DNA of 64,000 bases from Myxococcota bacterium (lineage in GTDB: Bacteria > Myxococcota_A > UBA796 > CAJQPC01), in assembly GCA_036229005.1 (NCBI GenBank), contig JAZAMN010000057.1, positions 1 through 64,000 on the forward strand. Reading direction: 5' to 3'. This document shows positions 18,262-28,108 of this stretch, piece by piece. The position numbers and the translations under genes were made by a program. Each line of letters opens with the position of its first letter. Within the stretch, counting starts at the first letter, position 1. The notes beneath the pieces were generated by a model. That model ran no database searches and was not told where the DNA came from. It worked only from the letters and a program-made list of their open reading frames with translations.

Positions 18262-19892
18262 CCCTGTGGCTCGCCCTGGCCTGCGTAGAGCCCACCCCCC
18301 GGGAGCCCGGGGTGGGGGTGTTCCTCTTTGAGCAGCAGGCGAGCTGGGTGCGCAACTTCAACCCCTTCGCGCCGACCAGCGCGCGCCAGCCCACGGGGGC
18401 CGGGGTCTACGAACCCCTGATGATCTACAACCCCATGGAGGCCGCCTGGGTGCCCTGGCTGGCCACCGAGCAGCAGTGGCTGGAGCAGAGCGAGGCCTCC
18501 GGCGGGACCCTCTGCTTCACCACGCGTCAGGGGGTGCAGTGGTCGGACGGGGAGCCCTTCTCCGCCCGCGATGTCGTGTTCACCTTCGAGTTGATGCGAC
18601 AGCACCCGGGCGCAGATCTGGGCGGGGTCTGGGGCTTCCTGGACAGTGTGTCCTCGCCGGCGGACGACCGCGTCTGCTTTGGGTTCGCGCGGCCTTTTGT
18701 GAGCGGTGTGGAGGCGGTGGCGCAGCAGGCGATCGTCCCTGCCCACATCTGGAGCGAGCTGGAGGACCCCCTGATGTTCTCCAACGACGACCCCGTTGGA
18801 ACCGGACCTTTCACCGAGGTTCAGATCTTCAACAACCAGGTCTTCCAGCTCGGCGCCAACCCCCACTACTGGCAGGACCTGGGCCTGCGGGCCATCCGGA
18901 TGCCGGCCCTGGCGACCAACGACTCCAGCACCCTGGCGCTGATCCAGGGGGAGCTGGACTGGGCGGGGCTGTTCGTGCCGGCGGTGGACCGGGTCTACAT
19001 CGAGCGCGACCCTGAGCACTTCCAGGCCTGGTTCCCCACCCGGGGCGGGACCATCTTCCTGTACCCGAACACCACGCAGCCGCCGCTGGACGACCCCCGG
19101 GTGCGCAAGGCCCTGTCGCTGGCGATCGACCGCGAGCGCATGGTGGACATCGCCATGTACGGGTACACCACGCCGAGTCACCCGAGCGGGCTGAGCGACG
19201 GCTACACCCAGTGGCAGACCGACGCGGAGGGCTGGTCGCATCTGGACCGGGAGCAGGCGGCGGCGCTGCTGGACGAGGCCGGGCTGACCATGGGCCCCAA
19301 GGGCTGGCGCACCCTGCCTGACGGGAGCCCCCTGAACCTGAGCATCTCCTGTCCGGCGGGGTGGAGCGACTGGGTCCGGGCGATCCAGCTGATCGCTCGG
19401 GATCTCCAGGCTGTGGGGCTCAACGTCAAGGTCGCGGGGAGTGACTACGCCGCTTGGTATGAGCAGGTCAGTCGAGGTCAGTTCGACCTGTCCATGGGCT
19501 GGACCGAGAGCGGGCCCACGCCGATCGCGCAGTACAAGGCGCTGATGCACCCGGCCAACGTCAAGCCCGTGGGCGAGGCCGCCTTCCGCGACTGGCACCG
19601 CTTCGGGGACCCCCGGGCCGGGGAGCTCGCGGACCGCTTCGAGGCCAGCACCGACCCCGCCGAGCAGCACGCGGCGATCCTGGAGCTGGGCGAGATCTTC
19701 CTGCAGCAGGCGCCCGCCATCCCCCTCTTCCCGGCGCCCGCCTGGGGGGAGTCCAGCAGCCGCCACATCACGGGTTTCCCGACGCCGGAGGACCCCTACG
19801 CGGTGCTCAGCCCCAACCGGACGCCCGGCCGCCTGCTGATCATGACCCGCCTGCAGCCCGTCCCCGAAGAGCTGGCCGGGGGCAGGCCATGA
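18258..19892 (+). CDS. ABC transporter substrate-binding protein, family 5 (probably oligosaccharide-binding)
   Basis: RNFNPF, GVQWSDGEPFSARDVVFTF, PVGTGPF, VRKALSLAIDR, GWSDW. Confidence 0.92.
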   Translation: MTLWLALACVEPTPREPGVGVFLFEQQASWVRNFNPFAPTSARQPTGAGVYEPLMIYNPMEAAWVPWLATEQQWLEQSEASGGTLCFTTRQGVQWSDGEPFSARDVVFTFELMRQHPGADLGGVWGFLDSVSSPADDRVCFGFARPFVSGVEAVAQQAIVPAHIWSELEDPLMFSNDDPVGTGPFTEVQIFNNQVFQLGANPHYWQDLGLRAIRMPALATNDSSTLALIQGELDWAGLFVPAVDRVYIERDPEHFQAWFPTRGGTIFLYPNTTQPPLDDPRVRKALSLAIDRERMVDIAMYGYTTPSHPSGLSDGYTQWQTDAEGWSHLDREQAAALLDEAGLTMGPKGWRTLPDGSPLNLSISCPAGWSDWVRAIQLIARDLQAVGLNVKVAGSDYAAWYEQVSRGQFDLSMGWTESGPTPIAQYKALMHPANVKPVGEAAFRDWHRFGDPRAGELADRFEASTDPAEQHAAILELGEIFLQQAPAIPLFPAPAWGESSSRHITGFPTPEDPYAVLSPNRTPGRLLIMTRLQPVPEELAGGRP

Positions 19893-20863
19893 AGCACCTG
19901 CTGCGCCGCGCGGGCTTCTACCTGCTGGCCGCTGCGGTGGCCGTGGTGCTGAACTTCCTGATCCCCCGGATGATGCCCGGCGACCCCGCCACGGTGATGT
20001 TCGCGCGCCTGCAGGGCGACCTGGACCCCGAGGCCATCGACGCCATGCGCGAGGCCTTCGGCCTGCAGGACGCGCCCCTGCACGAGCAGTTCTGGAGCTA
20101 CCTGAGCGCCCTGGCCCACGGGGACCTGGGCACCAGCGTGGCCTTCTTCCCGGCGCCCGTCTCCGAGGTGCTGGGCTCCGGCCTGATGTGGACGGGCTTT
20201 CTGGCCGGCGGGGCCATGATCCTGGCCTTCACCCTGGGGACCTCGCTGGGGGCCCTGAGCGCCTGGAAGCAGGGCGGGCCGCTGGACTCCATCGCGCCCC
20301 CGGCGCTGGCCCTGTTGGGCGCCTTCCCCTACTTCTGGCTGGCCATGCTGGCGGCCTGGGTGTTCGGCTTCCAGCTCGAGTGGTTCCCCCTGCGCGGGGC
20401 CTTCGGATCGCACCTGGATCCCGGCTTCTCCTGGCCCTTCATCCGCTCGGTGATCAGCCACGCCTTCCTGCCCGCGCTGACCCTGGTGGTGGTCAGCCTG
20501 GGCGGCTGGCTGCTGACCATGCGCAACACCATGGTGGGTGTGCTGGGCCAGGAGTTCATCCGCTACGCCCAGGCCCGCGGGGTCCCCGAGCGCCGCATTC
20601 TGGTGCACTACGCCGCCCGCAACGCGCTGCTGCCCAGCGTCGCCAGCTTCGGCATGGCCCTGGGCTTTGTGCTCTCCGGCGCCCTGCTGACGGAGGTGGT
20701 GTTCAACTACCCGGGCACCGGCCAGCTCCTGCTCACCGCCGTGCGCTCCCAGGACTACGCCCTGCTCCAGGGGCTGTTTTTGACCATCACCTTCGCCGTG
20801 CTCATCGCCAACTGGCTGGTGGACCTGGCCACGGTCCTGCTGGACCCCCGGACCCGCCAATGA
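19889..20863 (+). CDS. ABC transporter permease (OppB/DppB-like)
   Basis: MPGDPA, GDLGTS, EAA-like AQARGV, RNALLP, EVVFNYPG. Confidence 0.92.
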   Translation: MKHLLRRAGFYLLAAAVAVVLNFLIPRMMPGDPATVMFARLQGDLDPEAIDAMREAFGLQDAPLHEQFWSYLSALAHGDLGTSVAFFPAPVSEVLGSGLMWTGFLAGGAMILAFTLGTSLGALSAWKQGGPLDSIAPPALALLGAFPYFWLAMLAAWVFGFQLEWFPLRGAFGSHLDPGFSWPFIRSVISHAFLPALTLVVVSLGGWLLTMRNTMVGVLGQEFIRYAQARGVPERRILVHYAARNALLPSVASFGMALGFVLSGALLTEVVFNYPGTGQLLLTAVRSQDYALLQGLFLTITFAVLIANWLVDLATVLLDPRTRQ

Positions 20864-21723
20864 AGGCCCTGCTCCACAGCCGGCGCGCCCGCGTGGGCCT
20901 GGTGCTGGTGGCGGCCTTCGCCCTGCTGGCGCTGATCGGCCCCTTGTTGGTCCAGGACCCTCTGGAGTTGGCCACCCGCCCCCTGCAGCCCCCCTCCGCC
21001 GCGCACTGGCTGGGCACCAACGGCCAGGGCCAGGACGTGCTCGCGCAGACCGTCGTGGGGGCCCGCACCACCCTGCTGGTGGGCATCGTCACCGGCGCCC
21101 TGGTTGTCCTCGTCGGCAGCGTGATCGGCGGGCTGGCCGGCTACCTGGGAGGCCGGGTGGATGATGGCCTGTCCCTGCTCATCAACGTCTTCCTCCTCCT
21201 CCCCGGGCTCCCCCTGATGGTGGTGCTCGCGGCCTGGCTCCCCGCTGGCCCCGCGTCCATGACCGCCGTGCTCGTGCTCACCGGCTGGGCCTGGCACGCC
21301 CGGGTGCTGCGCGCCCAGACCCTGAGCCTGCGACAGCGGGACTTTGTGCTGGCGGCCCGCCTCGCCGGGGAGAGCCAGCTTCGCATCCTGGTGGTGGAGA
21401 TCCTGCCCAACATGGCCGGCCTCATCGGCGCCGCCTTCCTGGGGGCCACCATCTACGCCATCGGCGCGCAGGTGGGCCTGGAGTTCCTGGGCCTGGGCGA
21501 CCTGAGCGTGGTGAGCTGGGGCACCAACCTCTACTGGGCCAGCAACGACCAGGCGCTGCTCACCGGGAGCTGGTGGACCTTCGTGCCCACGGGCGTGTGC
21601 ATCGCGGTGGTCGGCTTCGGCCTGACCCTGGTGAACTTCGGCCTGGACGAGGTGCAGAACCCCCGCCTGCGCCACCCCCAGCGCGTCGGCCCCACCCCCG
21701 TCGACTCCGGGAGGACCCCGTGA
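20860..21723 (+). CDS. ABC transporter permease (OppC/DppC-like)
   Basis: PPSAAHWLGTNGQGQD, FVLAARLAGES, EILPN, LEFLGLG. Confidence 0.92.
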   Translation: MKALLHSRRARVGLVLVAAFALLALIGPLLVQDPLELATRPLQPPSAAHWLGTNGQGQDVLAQTVVGARTTLLVGIVTGALVVLVGSVIGGLAGYLGGRVDDGLSLLINVFLLLPGLPLMVVLAAWLPAGPASMTAVLVLTGWAWHARVLRAQTLSLRQRDFVLAARLAGESQLRILVVEILPNMAGLIGAAFLGATIYAIGAQVGLEFLGLGDLSVVSWGTNLYWASNDQALLTGSWWTFVPTGVCIAVVGFGLTLVNFGLDEVQNPRLRHPQRVGPTPVDSGRTP

Positions 21724-22601
21724 GCCTGCTGCGAGTACAGGACCTGGGCGTCGCCTACGGCCCCCATCAGGCCGTCGAGGGCGTGTCCTTCACCCTGGAG
21801 CCCGGGCAGATCCTGGGGCTGGTGGGCGAGTCCGGCTCTGGCAAGTCGACGGTCATCAACGGGATGCTGCGGCTGCTGCCGGCGCCGGCCAGGGTGACCT
21901 CGGGGGTGGTCGAGTTGCAGGGGTGTGACCTGCTCCAGGCCAGCGCGGAGGTGCTCCAGGATCTGCGCTGGACCCAGGTCGCCGTCGTCCCCCAGTCGGC
22001 CCTGTCGGCGCTCAACCCGGTGCTGACCATCGGAGCGCACTTTGGCGACACGCGCGGCGCCCACGACCCCGAGCTGGCGCTGTCCCGGGTCGGCCTGGAC
22101 CCCAAGGTGCTGGCGCAGTACCCCCACGAGCTCTCCGGCGGCATGCGACAACGCGTGGCCCTGGCTCTGGCGCTGGCGGCCACCCCGCCGCTGATCGTGA
22201 TGGACGAGCCCACCACCGCCCTGGACGTGGTCGTCGAGCGCGACATCCTGCGCACGCTGCTGGAGCTCCAGCGCGAGCTGGGCTTTGGGGTGCTGTTCAT
22301 CACGCACGATCTGGCCCTGCTCCGATCCTTCTGCACCCACATCGGCGTGCTCTACGGCGGACACCTCGTCGAGCTCGGCGCAGTCGAGGACATCGGCACC
22401 CACCCCTACACCCGCGGCCTGCTGGACGCGATCCCGCCCGCCATCGGCGAAGACCGCGAGCCCACCTCCATCCCCGGCGCGCCCCCCCGCATCGACGCGA
22501 TGCCCCCGGGCTGCCGCTTCGCCCCCCGCTGCCCCCTCGCTGACACCAAATGCCAGGACCGCCCGCCCTTTGTGGACGGCGTCGCGTGCTGGAAGTGCTG
22601 A
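21720..22601 (+). CDS. ABC transporter ATP-binding protein (OppD-like)
   Basis: GESGSGKS, YPHELSGGMRQR, DEPT, HPYT, GCRFAPRC; GTG start overlapping the upstream stop. Confidence 0.92.
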   Translation: MSLLRVQDLGVAYGPHQAVEGVSFTLEPGQILGLVGESGSGKSTVINGMLRLLPAPARVTSGVVELQGCDLLQASAEVLQDLRWTQVAVVPQSALSALNPVLTIGAHFGDTRGAHDPELALSRVGLDPKVLAQYPHELSGGMRQRVALALALAATPPLIVMDEPTTALDVVVERDILRTLLELQRELGFGVLFITHDLALLRSFCTHIGVLYGGHLVELGAVEDIGTHPYTRGLLDAIPPAIGEDREPTSIPGAPPRIDAMPPGCRFAPRCPLADTKCQDRPPFVDGVACWKC

Positions 22602-23428
22602 GCGTCCGCGGGCTGGGTGTGCGCTTCGGGGACTTCCAGGCGCTCTCGGACATCGACGTGTCGCTGGCCCCCGGGCAGGCCCTGGCGGTGGTCGGCGAGT
22701 CCGGCTCCGGCAAGTCCACCCTGGCCAAGGCGGTCGCGGGGCTGGTGCCCGCCTCTTCGGGGGAGATCGCGCTTGGGGGGGCGGTCCAGATGGTCTTTCA
22801 GGACCCCTTTGGCAGCCTCAACCCCGTCCACACCATCCGGCATCACGTCGCGCGGCCGCTGGCCCTCCACGGCAACCCCTCCACCGTCGAGGACCTGCTG
22901 ACCCGCGTCGGCCTGGACCCCGGGTTCGCCGACAAGTACCCCCACGAGCTCTCGGGGGGTCAGCGTCAGCGCGTGAACATCGCCCGCGCCCTGGCCCCGC
23001 GCCCCAAGATCCTGCTGGCCGACGAGCCCACGTCGATGCTGGACGTCAGCAGCCGCATGGACATCCTGCGCCTGCTCAAGCGTCTGCGCCAGGAGGAGGG
23101 CCTGGCCCTGCTCTTCATCACCCACGACCTGGCCGCCGCCCGCTGGCTCTGCGACCGAGTGCTGGTGCTCTACGCCGGGCGCCTGATGGAGGAGGCCGCC
23201 TCCCAGGTGTTGGTCACCCAGCCCCAGCACCCCTACACCCGCCTGCTGCTGGCCGCCGCCCCCCGCCCCGGCGAGCGCATCGACGCGCCGCTGCCCGTGG
23301 TCGCTGGCCCCGCGCGCACCCCCGGCTGCCCCTTCTCGGGCCGCTGTCCCCAGGCCTTTGATGCCTGCACCCAGACCCCCAAAATCCGCGGCGACGCCCA
23401 CCGGGTCGCCTGCCACCTGGAGTCCTGA
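22586..23428 (+). CDS. ABC transporter ATP-binding protein (OppF-like)
   Basis: GESGSGKS, LSGGQRQR, DEPT, HPYT, CPFSGRC, VACH; start is GTG 22586 or 22595. Confidence 0.92.
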   Translation: MLEVLSVRGLGVRFGDFQALSDIDVSLAPGQALAVVGESGSGKSTLAKAVAGLVPASSGEIALGGAVQMVFQDPFGSLNPVHTIRHHVARPLALHGNPSTVEDLLTRVGLDPGFADKYPHELSGGQRQRVNIARALAPRPKILLADEPTSMLDVSSRMDILRLLKRLRQEEGLALLFITHDLAAARWLCDRVLVLYAGRLMEEAASQVLVTQPQHPYTRLLLAAAPRPGERIDAPLPVVAGPARTPGCPFSGRCPQAFDACTQTPKIRGDAHRVACHLES

Positions 23429-24760
23429 ATGCCCTTCCCCAAGAACTTCGTCTGGGGGGCCGCCACCTCCAGCTACCAGATCGAAGGCGCCGTCCACGAA
23501 GGCGGCCGCGGCACCAGCATCTGGGACACCTTCTGCGCCACCCCAGGCAAGGTCTTCCAGGGCCACAACGGGGCTGTCGCCTGCGACCACTACAACCGCC
23601 TGGAGCAGGACCTGGACATGATGGCGGAGCTGGGCCTCAAGGCCTACCGCTTCTCCCTGGCCTGGCCGCGCATCCTGCCCACCGGCCTGGAGAAGGAGCC
23701 CAACGCCGCCGGCCTGGACTTCTACGACCGCCTGGTCGACGGCCTGCTGGAGCGCGGCATCACGCCCTGGGCCACCCTCTACCACTGGGACCTGCCCCAG
23801 CCCCTGCACGACGCCGGCGGCTGGCCCTGGCGCGGCATCTGCGAGCACTTCGTGCGCTTCGCGGACGTGTCCTCCCGGCGCCTGGGCGACCGCGTGGGCC
23901 ACTGGATCACCCACAACGAGCCCTGGGTGGTCAGCATGCTGGGCTACAAGACCGGCGAGCACGCCCCCGGCATCCAGGACATGGACCAGGCGCTGGCCGC
24001 TGCGCACCACGTGCTGCTCTCCCACGGCATGGCCGTGCCCGTCATCCGGGCCAACGCCCCCGGCGCCAAGGTCGGCATCACCCTGAACCTGTGCCCCTCC
24101 TGGCCCGCATCCGACAGCGCCGCCGACCAGCGCGCCGCCCGCGAGTTCGACGGCCACTTCAACCGCTGGTTCCTGGATCCCTGCTATGGCCGCGGCTACC
24201 CCCGCGACATGGAGCAGCACTACCTGGAGCAGGGCCACAAGCTGCCCCCCGTGCAGCCCGGCGACGTGCAGATCATGGGCGTCAAGACCGACTTCCTGGG
24301 CATCAACTACTACTCCCGCGGCATCATCCGCGGCCCGGAGGAGGGCAACCTCCCCCAGACCGTCCACAGCACCGGCGTGGAGACCGACATGGGCTGGGAG
24401 GTGCACGCCCCCTCCCTGGAGCGCCTGCTGGTGCGCCTGGCCGCCGACTACCCCGTCGGCGAGCTCTACATCACCGAGAACGGCGCCGCCTACCCCGAAG
24501 AGCCCGGCGAGGACGGCAAGGTCCACGACGCCCGCCGCCAGGACTACCTGCAGCAGCACATCGCCGCCTGCGAGAACGCCATCGGCCGCGGCGCCCCCTT
24601 GGCCGGCTACTTCGCGTGGTCGCTCATGGACAACTTCGAGTGGGCCTTTGGCTACGAGAAGCGCTTTGGCCTGGTCCACGTGGACTACGAGACGCTGGAG
24701 CGGACGCCGAAGGAGAGTGCGCTCTGGTATCGGGGGGTGATTGAGCGGGGGGGGCTCTGA
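23429..24760 (+). CDS. GH1 beta-glucosidase
   Basis: FVWGAATSSYQIEG, TLYHWDLP, catalytic HNEP and ITENG, WSLMDNFEW. Confidence 0.96.
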   Translation: MPFPKNFVWGAATSSYQIEGAVHEGGRGTSIWDTFCATPGKVFQGHNGAVACDHYNRLEQDLDMMAELGLKAYRFSLAWPRILPTGLEKEPNAAGLDFYDRLVDGLLERGITPWATLYHWDLPQPLHDAGGWPWRGICEHFVRFADVSSRRLGDRVGHWITHNEPWVVSMLGYKTGEHAPGIQDMDQALAAAHHVLLSHGMAVPVIRANAPGAKVGITLNLCPSWPASDSAADQRAAREFDGHFNRWFLDPCYGRGYPRDMEQHYLEQGHKLPPVQPGDVQIMGVKTDFLGINYYSRGIIRGPEEGNLPQTVHSTGVETDMGWEVHAPSLERLLVRLAADYPVGELYITENGAAYPEEPGEDGKVHDARRQDYLQQHIAACENAIGRGAPLAGYFAWSLMDNFEWAFGYEKRFGLVHVDYETLERTPKESALWYRGVIERGGL

Positions 24761-24803
24761 GGGGCAGCCCTCGTCTCCCCGACACTCCGGTGGACGGAGC
24801 GGC

Positions 24804-25074
24804 GCGCAAGTGCCGCCGAACGCAACAAGCCCGCGCGCAACCCCCTCCGAACGCAACAAGCCCGCGCGCAACCCCCTCCGAATGCAACAAACCCAGCCGC
24901 GGGGCGCCCCTCTGGGCCGACCCGCACCAGCCAAGCGCCTGAAATCCCGTAGAGCCCCCGCCCAGTACACCCCAGCCTCCCCCCGGTTTGTCGCACTCAC
25001 CCCGACTTGCGCAGCCAGGTGTTGCATTCACCCCGACTTGCGCAGCCGCCTGTTGCGTTCACCCCGACTTGCGC
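24804..25074. repeat. 31-bp-period inverted double array, copy 1 (3 forward + 3 reverse units)
   Basis: GCGCAA...AAYGCAACA cores at 24804, 24835, 24866; reverse cores at 24989, 25020, 25051; between convergent genes. Confidence 0.9.
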
Positions 25075-25087
25075 AGTTGAGCGCCCC

Positions 25088-25993
25088 TCAGCCCAGCGCG
25101 TCCAGCAGCGGGTCCACCAGCGCCCGCCCCCGCAGCGCCGACAGCCACTCGGCCGGGATCGCGGCCTCCCCGTACACAATCCCCGCCAGGCCCCCCGCGA
25201 TGCACGCGGTGGTGTCCGTGTCGTTGCCCAGCTTGATCGCCGCGAGCACGGCCGCCTCAAAGCTGTCTGTGCCAAGCAGCGACTCGCGCACGCCCCACAG
25301 CGTGTCCACCACGTAGCCGCTGCCTGCGGGTGACCTCGCTGGCAGGACATGCTGTTGGAGCTCCTGACGGAAGGCCGGCCGGGCGGTGTAGAGCGCATCC
25401 AGCCGCGCCACCGCATCGCTCCAGCCCGCCTCCAGAGACGCCCCACCAAGAAGCGCCCGCGCCCACAGGCAGTACAGCGCGCAGCAGACCTGGGACCTGG
25501 GGTGCGCGTGCGTCGGTAGGGACTGCAGCTCGGCGTCCCGAACCAGCTCCGCATCCGAGCCGGCGTGCCACAGCGCCAGCGGCAGAACCCGCATCAGGCT
25601 GCCGTTGCCGTTGTCCCACTCGCCAGCGCCGCCCGCGGCCTCCGGGGCCACGCCCATGCCCAGCCGTTCCAGCGCGAGCGCCGTCTGATTCCCGATGTCG
25701 AAGACCCGGCCATCCACTGCCATGTACCCAACATCTCGCCAGTTCTGCAGGCGGCGGGCGAAGTCCTCCAGATCCAGACTGCCCCGCTCCACCAGCGAGG
25801 CCAGCAGACACAGCGCCTGCGCCCCGTCGTCCGACCAGGTCCCCGGCGGCGTGCCCACGTGCGCCCGCCGGAAGCCCACTGGGGGCTCCATGGTCAGGCG
25901 CTGGGGCAGGTCCTCGGGCGCGTGGAACTCGTAGGGGACCCCCAGCGCATCCCCGACCAGCAGCCCCAATAGGCCGCCGCGCCGGTCACTCAA
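25088..25993 (-). CDS. ADP-ribosylglycohydrolase (DraG/ARH family)
   Basis: GDALGVPYEF, WSDDGAQ, GNGSLMR, PTH, GNDTDT. Confidence 0.93.
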   Translation of the reverse strand: MSDRRGGLLGLLVGDALGVPYEFHAPEDLPQRLTMEPPVGFRRAHVGTPPGTWSDDGAQALCLLASLVERGSLDLEDFARRLQNWRDVGYMAVDGRVFDIGNQTALALERLGMGVAPEAAGGAGEWDNGNGSLMRVLPLALWHAGSDAELVRDAELQSLPTHAHPRSQVCCALYCLWARALLGGASLEAGWSDAVARLDALYTARPAFRQELQQHVLPARSPAGSGYVVDTLWGVRESLLGTDSFEAAVLAAIKLGNDTDTTACIAGGLAGIVYGEAAIPAEWLSALRGRALVDPLLDALG

Positions 25994-28106
25994 AGAAGCC
26001 TCCGGCCTTGGCCGCCGCCTGGATGCTCCCGCTCGGCGCGAAGCGCTCGCCCCAAGCCTGGGCCGCGGCCTCCATCTCGGCCACCAGCCCCTCCAACCCC
26101 TGGGCCTCCATCCAGCTCAGCGGTCCGCCGGTGTTGGGCGCGAAGCCCAGCCCCAGGATGGCGCCGACCTCGACGTGGCGGCGGTCGCGGATGACCCCGT
26201 CGTCCAGGATGCGTCCGACCTCGGCCGCCTGCGCGAGCATCAGCCGACGCCCCAGCTCCGCAGCGGTGGCGGACTTGGGGGCCACGCCGACCACATCGGC
26301 CAGGCCCTCCCAGGTGCGGCGGGTGCTCCAGTCGTAGAAGCCCGCGCCCGCGGCCTTGCCCGTGCGGCCCAGCGCGACCAGCTTGCCGATCAGCGCGACG
26401 GCCTCGAGCTCCAGGGGCTTGCCCAGGTAGGCCGCGCGGTTCTCGAAGGCGTGGGCGCCCAGGGTCAGCGTGACCTCGTCAAAGACCTTGAGCGGCGGCA
26501 TCACCATGCCCTGCTCGCGGGCGGCCCACTCGATGGCGGCGGGGTTGTAGCCCTCGGCGACGAGCTGCGCGCCCTCCAGCAGATAGGCCGCGAACAGCCG
26601 CGTGGTGAAGAAGCCGTAGCCGTCCCCCACCACGATGCAGGTCTTCCCGATGGCCTTGCCGAAAGCCAGCGCCCGCGCCACCGTCTCCGCCGAGCAGCCC
26701 GGCGGGTCGATGACCTCCAAAAGCGGCATCTTCTCCACCGGCGAGAAGAAGTGCAGCCCCACAAAGCGCTCCGGGGCCGCGCTGGCTTGGGCCAGGTCCG
26801 CGATCGGCAGCGCCGAGGTGTTGCTCGCCCAGATCGCCCCGGGTGCCAGCAGCGGCTCGATCTCGCGGGTCACCGCGTGCTTGACCTCCAGCTTCTCGAC
26901 CACCGCCTCGATCACCAGGTCGGCCCCCCTCAAGGGCTCGGTCTCCAGGGTGAAGGAGAGGCGCGCGGCGATCTCCGCTCTCTGGTCCACCGTCAGCCAC
27001 TTGAGCTTGGCCAGCTCCTTCTCACAGTGCTCCTGGGCATCGGCGAGGGCAGGCTGGGCGATGTCCTTGACCACCACCTCAAAGCCCGCCTTCGCGCAGA
27101 CGAACGCCAGCCCGCCGCCCATCATGCCGGCGCCCAGGATGGCCACCTTGGACACCCCGTGCTCCGGGGCGATCTGGAGCCCGTCAAAGCGCTCGGCCGC
27201 GCTCTTGAAGTGCCACAGGCTGCGGATCATGAAGCGCGCCTGGGGGCTGCTGGCCAGCGCCACGAAGCGCCGCGCCTCCAGCTCGATGGCCTGATCGAAG
27301 GCCCCGAAGCGGGCCATCTTGGTGCCCTGCGCGATGGTCTCGACCACCGCCTCGGCCCCGGGGAAGGCCCCCGCGCTCTTCTTGTAGAGGAAGGCGCTGG
27401 CCCCCACAAAGAGCTGCATGGACGCCGCGGAGCCCGGCTGCACGCCGCCCGGCATCTGAGGCTTGGGGCGGTCCCAGGGCTGCTTGGCGCCGGGGTTGTC
27501 GCGGATCCACTGGTCGGCCGCGGCCAGCATGTCCTCGCGGGTGGCGTGGACGCTGTCGATGGCGTGCACCTTGAGGGCCTTCGGTGCGCGCCAGGTGGTC
27601 CCCGCCGCCAGGTTCTCCATCGCCCCCTGAAGACCCAGCCTCCAGGGCATCCGCTGTGTGCCGCCCGCGCCGGGCATGACGCCGAGCTGGACCTCCGGCA
27701 GGCCGACCCGGGCGCTCTCCACGCAGGCGATGTGGTGGCAGGCCAGCGCCAGCTCGAAGCCGCCGCCCAGGGCCGCGCCGGTGACCGCGGCCACCACGGA
27801 CACCCCGCAGGTCTCGATGCGCCGGTGCATCGCGTTGAGCACCCGCACAAAGCTCAAGATCTGCACGGGGTCCTGGTTGCCGCCGAGCATCTCCAGGTCG
27901 GCGCCCACGCAGAAGTCCCGGTGGCCGCTGGTCAGGATGATGCCCTGCAAGCCGTCCACCGCGAGCGCCGCGTCCAGCCCGTCATTGACCGCCTTGGGCA
28001 GCCCGGGGTCGAGCTTGTTGACCTTGCGGTGGGTGAGGGTCAGCGTCGCGACGCCGCGGTCAACGGTGAGCGTGACGGAGGGGTTGTTCACTGCGATCTC
28101 GTCCAT
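25986..28106 (-). CDS. fadB: Fatty-acid oxidation multifunctional subunit (enoyl-CoA hydratase / 3-hydroxyacyl-CoA dehydrogenase, FadB/FadJ-like)
   Basis: FCVGADL, ALGGGFELALAC, GLPEVQLG, GAGMMGGG, ASNTS, GLHFFSP. Confidence 0.9.
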   Translation of the reverse strand: MDEIAVNNPSVTLTVDRGVATLTLTHRKVNKLDPGLPKAVNDGLDAALAVDGLQGIILTSGHRDFCVGADLEMLGGNQDPVQILSFVRVLNAMHRRIETCGVSVVAAVTGAALGGGFELALACHHIACVESARVGLPEVQLGVMPGAGGTQRMPWRLGLQGAMENLAAGTTWRAPKALKVHAIDSVHATREDMLAAADQWIRDNPGAKQPWDRPKPQMPGGVQPGSAASMQLFVGASAFLYKKSAGAFPGAEAVVETIAQGTKMARFGAFDQAIELEARRFVALASSPQARFMIRSLWHFKSAAERFDGLQIAPEHGVSKVAILGAGMMGGGLAFVCAKAGFEVVVKDIAQPALADAQEHCEKELAKLKWLTVDQRAEIAARLSFTLETEPLRGADLVIEAVVEKLEVKHAVTREIEPLLAPGAIWASNTSALPIADLAQASAAPERFVGLHFFSPVEKMPLLEVIDPPGCSAETVARALAFGKAIGKTCIVVGDGYGFFTTRLFAAYLLEGAQLVAEGYNPAAIEWAAREQGMVMPPLKVFDEVTLTLGAHAFENRAAYLGKPLELEAVALIGKLVALGRTGKAAGAGFYDWSTRRTWEGLADVVGVAPKSATAAELGRRLMLAQAAEVGRILDDGVIRDRRHVEVGAILGLGFAPNTGGPLSWMEAQGLEGLVAEMEAAAQAWGERFAPSGSIQAAAKAGGFFE

Positions 28107-28108
28107 TG

